A stretch of DNA of 64,000 bases from Mustelus asterias (GCF_964213995.1 NC_135818.1:78306001-78370000), one strand, 5' to 3'; shown: positions 24,090 to 37,818, counted from the stretch's first letter. The notes: a model not told the origin generated them from the sequence alone. Translations and numbers: made by a program.

Positions 24090-25619
24090 GAGAAATCTTA
24101 GTTTTTGTATTTCAATGTGTTGTGTGGTCTGGTTGCTAGTCGAATGTAAGTGGTTGTTGTTGTATTAGATTGAGAGCAGGAGTTGTTGTAGCCTGTTTGT
24201 TCTTGTGGAATGTTTGTTGCAGGCAGTGGATGCAGTGCTTTGCACCTTAGTTTAGCCTCAGGGGAGCTGGGGAAGTGTTAAAACTGTTTAAAATTAAAGT
24301 GATAAGATTTCTTGAATTTACTTCTGTTTTGAGTTTAATTACAGTTTGGAAGAAAGAAGAATGAAAGTGACTGTCTTAATCCACGTTCTGTATTCTCTTT
24401 AATTGTTTATTGACATCTCAGTTTAAGATGTTAAGTTTGAATGAATGTTGGAAGCTTCCATGTATGCCTGTGTGTGTTTAACAAAGTTGTTTGCTTTGGT
24501 GTTTTGATGTTCTTCCCCTACTTATGATTTTACAATAATGGGTTTGATACAGAGTTTAAATAAAATTGGAAGGTAAATTGAAATTTCAAAATCGAAGTAC
24601 ATAAATTGAAGTTTGAATAGCCAATTTGAATTTTGAATAAACCTGTGTTTAAATTTTGTTAAGAAAGGATTTAAACCTTGGAGGGAGCCATGTGCTCTCT
24701 CCTTTGTCTTGAAGTGAAAATTATAAGAGTTAGTTGAGAAGTTAAGAGAAGAAATTAAGTAATTTTGTGAAAAGGTAGAAAAGCAGGAACAAAAGAATGA
24801 GGTAAATATACTGTCTATGAGTCAGTTTGAAGTATATTAAGTTAGTGAAAAGATTCAAAGTTTTGATTACCCCAGGTTCCAGTAGGAGATTAATCAATTA
24901 AAATCTCAGTTGCCAATGCAAGTTGCCCTTACAAACGTCTGATAATTTAGTATTCTGTAACTGGTTAAAATTATGTACTGCCATTGGAATTTTATATGCT
25001 ATCTATTCAAAGTTTTCCAAATATAGAGCATTGCCAAGCTTAAAATCTAGCCAGTTAAAATCAAACCAAAACATTACTGATTAATTAATAAGTATGTATT
25101 GTACCTACTTTGGTTTTGATTTGGCACCTGTTGTTTTCCTCGAGTGCGGGGTTTTGATCTGGAGCTTAGTTTAAAATTGGAAACGGCTTGGATTAAAGGG
25201 GTTTGGATATTACGGTTTTGATGTGTAAAGTGGTATGATACAACTGCCGCTTGATTATTTTTATCATGCAGTATAGCACTGTCATATAGACCCAAGAATA
25301 AAATCAAATCCTGAAAAGTCTTCACCAATTTTGTATAATATAGTTATATATTATATGTTGTGTATGGATAAAACATAATTCTGCAGGAGCTTCCTGTTTT
25401 CCTCGCCATACAAATGATCAAATTAGATATAATGTAAGAGTACATCATATGAAGATTGGAGCTGTATGGCATGTGATTTTAATGGGGAATGCGATGTCTT
25501 TTGATGGGATTACATACAAATGAATGGATGTCCAGCTGCAGCCAAAAAGCCAGTGTAAAGTGTTACTTAATTCACAATAAGCTTTCTATGGAAGGGGGAA
25601 TGTGTAGTTAACTGTATAA

Positions 25620-25970
25620 TGTACTAGCTAAAGCCATACAGACATCGGGAAAATGTGGACAGAGATATTTCCCACTATACTGATGAGGCTAAGAGTTACC
25701 ACAAACCGGACAACCAGATTAATCCCTTATGAATTAATGACAGGACGGGCGATGATGTAGGTTCACTAAAGGATGAATTCAGGAGATATGTTTTGGAACT
25801 AAGCACCCAACTAAAAGGGATGCGCAAATTGGTAAAAGACAATCAGGAACAAAGAGCCACAGAGAGAGAGCTTGAAATGCTCCCTGACGGGTGGGAAGTT
25901 GCGACCTAGTAAAAGCACGACCTGACAAACCTGGGTTCGCCCCTAAATGGAAGGGCCCCTATGAGGTTAA
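25620..25970 (+). pseudogene. ERV integrase C-terminal remnant
   Basis: LMRLRVTTNRTTRLIPYELMTGRAM and PKWKGPYEV (GPY/F motif). Confidence 0.75.
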
Positions 25971-26115
25971 AAATTGTGTAGTGTGCTTAATTCACAGATA
26001 TGTGAGACGGTTGACCTCCAAGCAAGCTGAACGGGTTTGCGGGAAGTTGTGCTCGGGCGGTATAGCCTTTGGTCCATTGTATAACGGTCACATGGGTTAT
26101 TAGTCAAGTGATAGG

Positions 26116-27530
26116 ATGATTCTTTTGCTGCTTCTCACGACCCTTGCCCTGCTAGTCACGGAGGGGAAGTATAGATGGAATTGTGTAGACTTGGGGATAG
26201 AGCATCACAAGCATCTCTGTAACGATGATTCTGTCTATTGTAACCTTCCGACACATGGAATAAGCCTCTGGGAGGTAACCCGTAGGGACCGCTACTCGGG
26301 ATTCCTTAACCATACCATGTTGCATTTCTGTTGGAGGGGCGAGGTGATTGGCGTCTCCCATGCAATGTAACGTGGTGTAACTGGAATTTTCGGTGTTTAG
26401 CTGAGGGACCGGGATGGACCTGTACCCGGCAACAGCAGAAGTTCTCGGGAGGATGAGTACATCAACATGAGATTTGGCCGATCCATGCGATCATTGTACC
26501 AATCCTCTAAAATCAGACCCCATCACATGAACACTTTCATGTATATGTCTCACTTGTATGCATTACAGTCAAATTTGAGCAAATGCTGGGTTTGCTTACA
26601 TATTCCCATGCACGGAGGAAAGGGGGGAAAGTCCGTCATTCCCTATCCCTTTGTCAACTCCGGGAATAGTAGAATGGATTTTGAATCAGAATGGAACCCA
26701 AGACGGGACAAGGAAAATGACATTTAAAACCCCATCAGGCATGTTGTGAAAAACCAACAAGGGGGGATCTATCTGCTTGGTAAGAAACAGAACCATACTT
26801 GTTAAGCCATAGCTACTGTACCCAGCAGGTTAATGTCATCAGTGGTGCCTGGGCTTTGGTGCAACAGATTACAATTCATTGCCCCATTGCTGATGTCCTG
26901 GTCAGCCTCTCCGCTACTTATATGAGCAGCATGACTGCATATAATGATACCTATTTTGTCTGTGGAGACAATGGCTTCCCTGGGATTGGGCAGGATCGTG
27001 TTATTTGGCATATGTGGTACCCTATATTCACCATGAGTGAGACAGAACGGTTCTTTATGATAGCCTTCCCACTTTATGGGACAGCAAAAGCAGCTCAGGA
27101 ACTTATACATATGGCCTCGACCTTAGAGAGAATTGCAAATGAAACTAGAGACAGGTTCGAGGTGAGCACAGCCTTCTCTGAAGTATCAGCCGAGGTTGTA
27201 GCTATCCGGACTGTTGCTTTACAGAACTGATTGACACTTGATTATGTGTTGGCTTTCCAGGGAGGAATGTGCTCTATAATTGAATCTGAATGCTGCACGT
27301 ATATCCCAGATGATTCGGAAAATATAACTCGTTTGGCAGATCATATCAAATGAGTGGCAAAGACAATACAAGATGAAGGGAGCCAATATCATAACTATAA
27401 CCCTCCGGGATGGCTGGGGCAATGGTTCAGGTCGTGGGGATCATACCTGATGCATGGGTTGATTGTATTAATTGTAATTGTTATTGCTTGTTGTATTTGT
27501 ATGACATTATTGAACACATTGTAATATGGT
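26116..27530 (+). pseudogene. env: ERV env, frameshifted
   Basis: Leader MILLLLLTTLALLV, CWVC motif, heptad region, immunosuppressive domain LQN*LTLDYVLAFQGG, CX6CC (CSIIESECC) and a hydrophobic transmembrane segment. Confidence 0.88.
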
Positions 27531-29582
27531 AACAGTCTGAATTATGCCAAGTGCAAGTGTACAGGCAGAAGGGGCAGACTTCCTGACGAAGGAGGTAGGC
27601 CCATATACTGGTAACATTTGGCTCTGAATTGGTCATGGGGCTATGCTTGGACCTGGCCCCGACCAAAAGGGGGGATTGAAGAAGGGAAAGGATTAATGTT
27701 TTTTGTACTCAATGTATTTTGTACCTAGAATGTATCACAAACATAACCCTTCATTGTGGTTAATCTACCCAGGTTTATACTGCTCCTGGCATCAATATAA
27801 ATTATTTATTCATGGTTTCATTCTTTAACTTTTATTCTTATGAAGACAGTCAAATGTAAATGTTGTTTGTAGGCATTGCAAGTCTTACCTTTTCTACAAG
27901 CTTGTGTGTGATTTGAACAAAGAAAGCAGCTACAAGATGTGGAGTGTGATAACGGCCGTTTGACAGGAAGACTCCCCGCTGGGATCGCCACGGGCCACAC
28001 AGTCACTTCAAAGGAAAAGCCACGGGAAGAGCAGGGAACCTAAGACTGCGTCGTGACTACCGCTGCCAGAAGACTGGTGCTTCATCACCTGAGAATGCCA
28101 GATACACTCTGGTTTATGGTCAGAGGCTGCCAGATGCATCGTGCTTTGTGATCAAGGGCTATTAAATGGACTTTAATTTATGACTGGTTTGGAGTTTGCT
28201 TCGTGACTGGTATTATGAGCCATGATATATAAATATCCACATTCTTGTGTTCAGTGAGAGATCTGGTGAACTGCTGTTAAGGTGCCAGGTCTCTCACAAA
28301 AGCTTTTGAGAATAAAGCTCACTGTACTTTGACTTACTATCTCAGAGGTATTATTTACCCACAACAATGCTCAGTCAAATGCTGCCTTGAGGCCAGGTTA
28401 GTCACTATTACCTTGTATCTTGAATTTAGCTCATTTATCCATGTGGACCAAGTCTATAATAAGGTCTGGAGCTAAGGGGCCTGACTGGAACCCAAACTGT
28501 TGAGTAACGGTTGACAGCACCATTAACAATATGTCACTATACTGGTATTATTTGGCCAGATTGGATTTGTCCTATTTTTGTAGACAGGACGTACCTGGAC
28601 AATTCTTCAGACTGCCAGGTAAATGCCAACTGAAATGGCAGCTAGCTCTGGAGCAGTCTCAGTATTATTGCCAGAATTCTGCCAGAGTCCATAGCCTTTG
28701 TTGTGTCATGTGCAACCAACCATTTCCTGATACCACAGAGTGAATCAAATTGGCTGAAGATTTGTGATCATCTTCTCACTGAAGATGCTGTAAATGTTTC
28801 AGTCTTAGCACATCAGTGCATAAGACATCTTATCATTGATTATGTGAAGGCTCCTTTGCTGGTTAGTTCATTGTCCACTATGCCCAACTGAATGTGGCAG
28901 GACAGCTGAGCTTTTAGCTGATCCTATGGTTGTAGGATTGTTTAGCTCTACATATCGCAGGTATGTGTTGCAGATTCACCAGCTTGGCACTTTTTCTTTT
29001 AAAAAAAGTACTGGTGCTGCTCCCCTGCACTCTTTGTTGAACCAGGGTTACCAGGGTTGAACCTGACTTAATGGTAATGGCAGAGTAAGGAATATATCCA
29101 GCCATGAGGTTAAAGACTGGTTGAATACAATTCAATGAAGGTTGAAAGGACAAAAAGCAGGAAGCCTGAAACAATCAATCTTTGCCATGAGATCAGCACT
29201 AGTGTAGTAAGAGACACATGGAAGGAGGTTGTGATGTACATGGCAGAGTTTGAATGGCATCTCAACAACTGTAAAGTTGTTTACAGTTCTGAATTAGGAG
29301 AGATTTAAACTGTCCATCCCTCCATTTAAACATGAAAACACCATCAACCAAACACAACATGTAGTTAATTTCTTTATTGAGCCAGTCAGGTTAATTTACA
29401 AAACCAATCTTAGTATTAAAGCTAAACACAGGTCACAATGTTCATCTAGAAATTGTGTTGCAATGTTACAAGTACAAGATTTTGTAAAAATATGAAAAAT
29501 CTCAAAGGCATCTGTTTTAATTTCCATTGTGCAGCTGACCACAACATCCAAACTATTACGGAGTCACGTTCAGCAGTCTGGC

Positions 29583-29669
29583 TTAGCTGGAGATCTTGAC
29601 AGGAATCACCCAGCAGAAGATATCGTTTTTATCATCATCCTTCAGCTCCCATTTAACCTCCAATTCAAC
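29583..29669 (-). CDS. NPC2: NPC2 copy B exon 4 (to stop codon)
   Basis: gttaccag|VELEVKWELKDDDKNDIFCWVIPVKISS*; total 149 aa. AATAAA on the - strand at 29373-29378. Confidence 0.93.
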   Translation of the reverse strand, partial: VELEVKWELKDDDKNDIFCWVIPVKISS

Positions 29670-31519
29670 CTGGTAACGGTGGTGGGGGAAAGAAAGGTGT
29701 GGAGAGGATTAAGAGAATCTTGCTTGATCCACTGAAAACCAATTCACTTAAAATCTGACATGCTAATCATTTACTTCTCGAGTATCAGTCTCAATACTCC
29801 AAAGGCTTCGCAATTCAGATGCAATCATAGTCGTGTACAAAACTTTAGAACTATCCGCTCCCATCACTATTTGTCAACTAAAAACCAACTTTTGCAATGC
29901 TTTCCACCCACGTCTCACTTCCCTTTGCCAATTCCCTTTTTTGTCCACCCAAGAAAACTTATGTACAACTTCACTTCCAAAATCTAAACTGTCCTGCCTT
30001 TGGCTATCCATTCATTCTCTTCTGTACCCCTCAACAGCAACCTCACCCCCGTCTCTGATGCCTTAGTCCTATTAAAGCCTATGCAGTCTCTCATCCTGGC
30101 CATTCTCCTGATGCAGCCCTCATCTTTATGACCTCAAGCCTGAGGTTTGGATAATGTGGACAACTGATTTGGTCATTTACTGCCAGATCTGGCTGGATCA
30201 CAAAGCCAGAAACTGCTCCAAAATCATCTTTCAATGCAAAGATAACCTTTAACAACTTTCCTCTTTTGACCACTCTCCCCGTCTCTCCACCATCAGCAAC
30301 AAACAAAGACTTGATCAAGATTAAGACTATTTGATCAGATGCCTGCCATGTCCTTTTTCCTCCCTGCCCAATGAGCCAAGCTTCTAATTTGTCTCCCTGC
30401 CCTAAACTCTTTGCTCTAGTTTCTGTCCTGCCTCTTGCTGCATCCCTCAAAATAATTCCTGCTTGATCTCTCTATCCTTGCAACTGACAACTTCTCTTCA
30501 CCAAACTCCAGTTAAATTGTTGGCTCCCAATTCATACCCATCTTTCCAGAAATTGCCACTCTTGACTCGTAAGCGGTCTCTAAACTGGCAGCTTGCTTGT
30601 CCAACAACCAGTTCTGGGCGAGTTGAAATATCCTCCAACTGAATATTGGGAGGTTCAGAGCTATTGTCTTAGTTTCCTGCCACAAATTCCATTCCGCGAA
30701 TCATAGAATCCCTACAGTGCAGGAGAGAATATTTGGCCCATCAAGTCTGTACCGACTCTGATAAGGCAAGGGTAAGATGCTCTATCCCCGTAATCCCATG
30801 CATTTACTACACTAAATCCCTTAAACTATACATGTAGGGACGCTAAGGGGCAATTTAGCAAGGCCAATCCACCTATTTTGCACATCTTTGGACTGTGGGA
30901 GGAAATTAGAGCATCCAGAGGAAACTCACGCAGACACGGGGAGAATGTCAGACTGTCACCCACACCTGGAATCAAACCGAGGTCCCTGGCACTGAGGCAG
31001 CAGTTGGTGCCCTATTCATAAGCTTGGGTCATATCTGACCCTGAGATGACTTTCCAACCACAAATCTTCATTATTCTTTCCATCTCTAAACCTGCCTCTG
31101 ATACCGAAATCCTCAACCAATCATCTGCTGCCCTTAGACATAATTTTCCAACTCACTCCTGGGAGTGCACAAGAGGCCAGAATTATGAGTGCATACATTC
31201 AGCTGTCTGGGTCAATTCCATCGCCAAGGCTCTCTTTCCTCCTTTAAGATGCTCGTGACCAAGCTCATCATGTGGCTCCGTGCTAAATTTGATTTGATGA
31301 TGCTCCTGTAAAGCATCTTAGGAAGTGTTAAAGCTGCTATAGAAATACAAATTGTTCTTCAAGCTGCCATTAATCTGCAATCCAAACCTGGGGTAAATAA
31401 ATCACAAGCTCCAGTTTTTTCTGACCTGCAAAGTCCTGGTTGCTGTCAGAATTTTCCAACTTGGTTCTTAAACCTTACTTGCTTTGCATTTTAATCTTGG
31501 CTTGTCCAGTTACCAATTA

Positions 31520-31860
31520 TCATAGAATCCATAGAATCCCTACAGTACAGAAGGAGGCCATTCGGCCCATCGAGTCTGCACCGACCACAATCCCACCCAG
31601 GCCCTACCCCCACATATTTACCCACTAATCCCTCTAACCTACACATCTCAGGACTCTAAGGGGCAATTTTTAACCTGGCCAATCAACCTAACCCGCACAT
31701 CTTTGGACTGTGGGAGGAAATCGGAGCACCCAGAGGAAACCCACGCAGACACGAGGAGAATGTGCAAACTCCACACAGACAGTGACCCAAGCCGGGAATC
31801 GAACCCAGGTCCCTGGAGCTGTAAAGCAGCAGTGCTAACCACTGTGCTACCGTGCCGCCC
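31520..31860 (-). mobile_element. HE1-type tRNA-derived SINE, full length
   Basis: A box (CAGTGGTTAGCAC), B box (GGGTTCGATTCC) and a GATTCTAT tail shared with the partner LINE. Confidence 0.9.
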
Positions 31861-32049
31861 CTAATGCCCCTGTGCTACCGTGCTACTTCCTAATGGATAA
31901 ATTAAGATCTACATTGGCCCTTTTCAAAATCTACCATCCCAAACAGTTGAGCTGAGGACAAAACAATCTAACAAATACAAAAGTAAAGACGGTCAACAAA
32001 AAAAGCTAGAACAGGGTTTTATTGTGTGAAAAATAAAACTTTAACATTT

Positions 32050-33229
32050 TGTGGTCGAAGGGTCTTTTTCCGGCTGGAGGTCTGTGACCAGTGGTGTTAG
32101 CCTGAAGAAGGGGCTCAGAGCCTCGAAAGCTTGTGTGGCTTTTGCTACCAAATAAACCTGTTGGACTTTAACCTGGTGTTGTTAAACTTCTTACTGTGTT
32201 TACCCCAGTCCAACGCCGGCATCTCCACATCATGACCAGTGGTGTTCCACAGGGCTCTGTACTGGGACCTCTGCTATTTGTGATATATATAAATGATTTG
32301 GAAGAAGGTGTAACTGGTGTAATCAGCAAGTTTGCGGATGACACGAAGATGGCTGGACTTGCGGATAGCGAAGAGCATTGTCGGGCAATACAGCAGGATA
32401 TAGATAGGCTGGAAAATTGGGCGGAGAGGTGGCAGATGGAGTTTAATCCGAATAAATGCGAAGTGATGCATTTTGGAAGAAATAATGTAGGGAGGAGTTA
32501 TACAATAAATGGCAGAGTCATCAGGAGTATAGAAACACAGAGGGACCTAGGTGTGCAAGTCCACAAATCCTTGAAGGTGGCAACACAGGTGGAGAAGGTG
32601 GTGAAGAAGGCATATGGTATGCTTGCCTTTATAGGACGGGGTATAGAGTATAAAAGCTGGAGTCTGATGATGCAGCTGTACAGAACGCTGGTTAGGCCAC
32701 ATTTGGAGTACTGCGTCCAGTTCTGGTCACCGCACTACCAGAAGGACGTGGAGGCATTAGAGAGAGTGCAGAGAAGGTTTACCAGGATGTTGCCTGGTAT
32801 GGAGGGTCTTAGCTATGAGGAGAGATTGGGTAAACTGGAGTTGTTCTCCCTGGAAAGACGGAGAATGAGGGGAGATCTAATAGAGGTGTACAAGATTATG
32901 AAGGGGATAGATAGGGTGAACGGTAGGAAGCTTTTTCCCAGATCAGAAGTGACGTTCACGAGGGGTCACGGGCTGAAGGTGAGAGGGGCGAAGTATAACT
33001 CAGATATTAGAGGGATGTTTTTTACACAGAGGGTGGTGGGGGCCTGGAATGCGCTGCCAAGTAGGGTGGTGGAGGCAGGCACGCTGACATCGTTTAAGAC
33101 TTACCTGGATAGTCACATGAGCAGCCTGGGAATGGAGGGATACAAATGATTGGTTTAGTTGGACCAAGGAGCGGCACAGGCTTGGAGGGCCGAAGGGCCT
33201 GTTTCCTGTGCTGTACTGTTCTTTGTTCT
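32050..33229 (+). mobile_element. Young 5'-truncated CR1 LINE (RT C-terminal half) in NPC2-B intron 3
   Basis: GVPQGSVLGPLLF, KFADDTK; open frame 32233-33149; interrupted at 32099 by a Penelope-like element. Confidence 0.96.
32099..32232 (+). mobile_element. Short Penelope-like element with hammerhead core, inserted in CR1
   Basis: 14-bp TSD TGACCAGTGGTGTT (32085-32098 and 32233-32246); CTGAAGA-stem-GAAAGCT; AATAAA. Confidence 0.85.
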
Positions 33230-33842
33230 ATTTGTTTTAAAGGTATTTTCCACTTTCATTGTATAGGTTCCATAGCAACCAATTCAAGTTTGGACATCCT
33301 ATCCTCTTCCACAATCACACTCCATGGTCAGTAGTGTCCAATCGTGTTTTAGAGTATTGGAGAACCTCTTCCTTACTCTTCAGTAGACTTAATCATATTG
33401 TTTGTTTTTACTAACACTGCCCTGTTCACAAATCTCAATGTGTGAAGATTAGTTAGCTCAGAAAACATTCTACATATGTTGCTTACAGAAAGCACCATAA
33501 ATGAATGATATCATCACCCATACTGAATTCATTAAGAGCTGGGAAAGTAAAGATGATACTCAGCTCATGTTGGGGGGTTCTACAATTCCCTGAAAAATGC
33601 CAAACATCTTTGTAGTCACTTTCGAGGACAACCTCAACACAAGATCCCAACTGAACAATGTATCACCAGATAGCTTGGAATGACAAATTCTTGTTACATA
33701 CTTGTTACAAACAAATCTTTGTTCCAAATAGCTATATTCATTCCTGCAACAAACTCTCTTGATCTACAAATTATTTCACCCTCCTTTTGATAAAGTACAA
33801 GGGATGTTAGTATGCATTCTGATGTTTCATAAAGACACTTAC

Positions 33843-34015
33843 TGATGGGTAGGCGTCCTTTATTGGAAATGAATTGATGTAGTTATACTTCTGCATCTTC
33901 CGGATGGGGCACTGAATCCCAGATTTGCAACCATCAGAGTTTGAAATATGAAATGGAATTGGAAGTCCAGCTAGGATACCATGAACCACAGCCTCGCTTG
34001 TCTGGCTCGAGGTTG
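33843..34015 (-). CDS. NPC2: NPC2 copy B exon 3
   Basis: 173 nt; TTSSQTSEAVVHGILAGLPIPFHISNSDGCKSGIQCPIRKMQKYNYINSFPIKDAYPS. Confidence 0.95.
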
Positions 34016-35749
34016 CTGAAAGAAGACACATCACAGCATAGTTAGTCCACTTTTTAAAAAAAAGTCACAACAGAGTATAGGATCACACGTGCAATTCCAT
34101 TTGGGGTGAGATGGTTTGTTACTTGGATATATTTCAGTTGGCACTATGAAACAATCCAAGAAAACTTATTTTAGAAACACTTGATGCTTTGGTCAGACCT
34201 TGGATGCTCCATTCTAATTGAATGAAACGTATCCAAATTGTTGCTTTTGGAGAACCCATCTCCCTACCATGTGGATAGCTTTCTAACTGCTGCTGGACAT
34301 TTCAACAGGGGTTTAACCACCTCAAACACATTTCAATTGTTAATAGCAAAAGGGAGACTCCCACCAGCCAGAGTTGGATTTAAACGCCATTTGAGAGATT
34401 AAAAAGTACAAGACGAAAGGACATTGATCTGAAGTTTTATAAACAAATGTTGGGGAAGACAAAGCATCAGGATAGCTGATGTCACAATTGATTTATCTTA
34501 TCCAAACATAGAATTTTCCCCAATGCTACGTTTACTTATTAACAGTTGAATATCTGGAATCAATTAATGTGTTTGTGACTGCAGTCTTGAACTTACCTTT
34601 AGCAGTTCCTACACAAGTCCCCTTACATAAAATACCCCATCAAGTTTGCTTCCTTTCAAGAAGAGTTAACGTTGTTTTAACTTTTCCCCCATAGTCTAAC
34701 CCCCAAGTACTAAGAAACTAGATTTCTGGCTCTTCTTTATACTGCAGAGTTGGATATTTTCCTTTCGTCTGAGTGAAATCAAGACATTAGTCAAATGGGG
34801 GCCAGATCAGAGTGTTCGACAACTGCAGGGTGACATCCACAGACTGTACTCACAATTTTGCACTATCGCACAGCATGTTTCACTTTGCTAGTGTCAGGCT
34901 GAAGAATTCACTGACACCTTGTCAGTAAATCATAAAAGTTCATTAGGAGTTCAAGATGTACACCAGCTTTTTAGTATCGCTCACCCTCTCTCTCTGGGTC
35001 TCACAGTCAAGATGTTGCCAATCTTCCTTCCACCAGATGTCGCCAGTCTCTCTGCCAATCTCTCTATAGTTCGTTATTCATTCCTCCAGAGAACGCCCAT
35101 TTATATTCAATGGTTAATTAAACACATCATATAAGGTGGCCGACACCAATTGGTTCTAACCTCTGATCATGCATTGCGCACAAAGTTAGCTGAGAGCTGA
35201 GAATGCAATGCAAGCAGAGCAGCACATGTAACATGATAAGCTTTCAGCAGGGTTTGTCCCGTGTGAAAATGGTAATAAAAGTATACTGTAGAAAATGTTA
35301 TATAAAAAAGGTCAAATAAAAGTAATAAATAGTGGCTTCCAACACTAGCTTGTATGCTGCAAGGATTGCAGTATTGATTAATATAATCATTCCCAGATAT
35401 CTGTCAACCTATTTATATGCCCCCATTCACTACATCACACCCACCCCCATACCCAGTATTGTGTGAAAGACCCTGAACTTCCCCATATTAAATTCCACCC
35501 ATTATCATGCTGCATTTGGAAACATTGACAGTGTCTTTCCTTAACTCAGCTGCTTTATCATACTCTATCACCTCAGTTTGATTGCAGTTGGAAATCTGGC
35601 ATTATATTGGATTTCTGATCAAGTCATTTATGGTTATCAAAAACAATGCTGGGGCCAACAATTAACCTCAAAAAGCTTCAGTTGGTATAACACAATAGCT
35701 CTTCAGGTAATGTCCATTACATCCTTCCTCTCAGCCACCTCCAAGCATT

Positions 35750-36260
35750 AGAATCATACAGTGCAGAAGAGGCCCTTTGGCCAATCGAGTCTGCACCGTC
35801 ACATGAGAAACACCTGAACTCCCACCTAATCCCATCTGCCAGCACTTGGCCCATAGCCCTGAATGTTATGATGTGCCAAGTGCTCATCCAGGTATGTTTT
35901 AAAGGATGTGAGGCAACCCGCCTCTACCACCCTCCCAAGCAGAACATTCCAGACCGTCACCACCCTCTGGGTAAAAAGGTTTTTCCTCACATCCTCCCTA
36001 AACCTCCTGCTCCTAACCTTGAATCTATGTTCCCTCGTGACTGACCCTTCAACTAAAGGAAACAGCTGCTCCTTTTCCACTCTGTCCATGTCCCTCATAC
36101 ACACCTCGATCAGATCACCCCTCAGTCTTCTCGGATCCAATTAAAACAACCCAACCTCTCTTCATAACTTAAATGTTCCATCCCAGGCGGCATCCTGGTG
36201 AATCTCCTCTGCACCCCCTCCAATGCAATCACACCCTTCCTATAATGTGGCAACCAGAGC
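35750..36260 (-). mobile_element. CR1 LINE 3' fragment
   Basis: RLRGDLIEV..FTQRVVTVWN. Confidence 0.9.
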
Positions 36261-37028
36261 TCGATACCTAGGATACTGTCCCATCTCAAATCCTAGAAGC
36301 TTGTTCACATGACATCATGACAACATGATTGAATGGCAGAGCAGAGTCGACGGGCCAAATTTTGCCCCAATATCTTATGGTCGTTTGGAAACTGCAAGAG
36401 GATTTTCTCAGGCCCATTTCTCCTAATGCAGTTAATATTTTAACATTTGAAGTTCTATATTCTTTCCTCACAGGAATTCTGCATCGTCATCCATTTATGT
36501 ATGCTCATTGATATTATCTTATTAATCCACTTCGGCACCTTACTACAAGATATGATATTTTTCCTTTCATGCTTGTAATATTAACATTTTTTTGGTCAAA
36601 TGCCGAATTTGCGCTTCCAGATTTGTTCCCCAATATCAGATTTTCAGTCTGTGCATTTTGGATTTTATCTAATCCTAATTTTTGTTGGTCTGTCTGGTGT
36701 TTGCAGATTCTTAGTTGAATAGAAATACAAGTTACCAAAATGAGAAAAGCTCTGCACTAAGAAGTTAAATCCAGCAAATCAAGCAAACTTGATAGAATTG
36801 GCCCTGTCACAATAGGAAAATTTGTTAAAACTCTTGTCTCATTGTTGTTTGATATTTGCCAGAGGGAATGTGTACATCCTGTTTCCTCTGTTCAGTTGGG
36901 AAGGTTTAAACTGTTGTCGCACATCGAGAAGGGATCTTTTCAAAGGAAAATCTAGACTCCACTGAATAATTTGTACGCAGTTGAAGAACAGTTTTGTCCT
37001 TTGCAAGTTTGTATTGTAACCTACTTAC

Positions 37029-37133
37029 TGCTGGTAAAGGTGACGTTCACACTGTAGTTTTGTCCTTTGTGAAGAACACATGGCAGTGTGGGGCACGGGG
37101 TGACATCCACTATAATCTGCTCCGCTTTCGAAC
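37029..37133 (-). CDS. NPC2: NPC2 copy B exon 2
   Basis: attgcag|GT...AGCA|gtaagt; 105 nt; [35 protein letters not shown]. Confidence 0.94.
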
Positions 37134-37587
37134 CTGCAATAGTAATGACCAGTTAATACCAATTATTTCAAGTTAGTTGCACAAATAAATTAACCAGACC
37201 TTGATGCTGTGAAAGGATAAACTGCACCTAGCTGTAAAAAAAATGAAAATTACCTAAAGCCACAAACTATCTATAGAATAAACTAGGTGTTTCAATTCAT
37301 TCTTCTCCTTCACCACACCACAGGTTTTCCTATTCTGAGATGATCAGCAACAAAACGCCTCATAAGACTCGCATAAGCTGCACAGCAAGCAGTTTCAAGA
37401 TTACACCAATAATAATGTTGGAAACTGTGGTTGAACCTTGTGAAACTGGAAGCATCGACAGTTTAACTGAAGTGTTGTTTACCATAGCCAGTTGCACAAA
37501 GACTTTACCAAAGTAACCCGCTAAAAGCTTTATACTGCTTTTTCAGATATACAAGAACCACTGGACTGCGTCAAGAAACAAAGTCAT

Positions 37588-37818
37588 GATGTGGAGATGC
37601 CGGTGTTGGACTGGGGTAAACACAGTAAGAAGTTTAACAACACCAGGTTAAAGTCCAACAGGTTTATTTGGTAGCAAAAGCCACACAAGCTTTCGGAGCT
37701 GCAAGCCCCTTCTTCAGGCGAGTGGGAATTCTGTTCACAAACAGAGCATATAAAGACACAAACTGAATTTACATGAATAATGGTTGGAATGCGAATACTT
37801 ACAACTAATCAAGTCTTT
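37588..37818 (-). mobile_element. Penelope-like pseudo-LTR fragment with hammerhead motif
   Basis: 15-bp TSD AAGAAACAAAG(T/C)CAT; the - strand reads CCACTCGC-CTGAAGA-AGGGGCTTGCAGCTCC-GAAAGCTT-GTG. A further copy is at about 42278-42396. Confidence 0.82.

Larger units (their letters stand above)
22016..28366 (+). mobile_element. Endogenous retrovirus with class I (gamma/epsilon-like) env; defective, lacking pro/RT/RNase H
   Basis: TG...CA LTRs at 22016-22417 and 27677-28366; 4-bp TSD ATGC (22012-22015 and 28367-28370); primer-binding site (PBS) TGGTGCCGAAACCTGGGA for tRNA-Phe (22421-22438); polypurine tract AAAAGGGGGGA before the 3' LTR; TATA and AATAAA in both LTRs. Confidence 0.95.

Noticed and set aside
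26116-27530. Domesticated env (syncytin-like)
   Set aside because: Multiple frameshifts and stops, including in the immunosuppressive domain, and no furin site visible.
31790-31860. tRNA genes at A/B box motifs
   Set aside because: These are SINE heads followed by SINE body and tail, with no complete cloverleaf.
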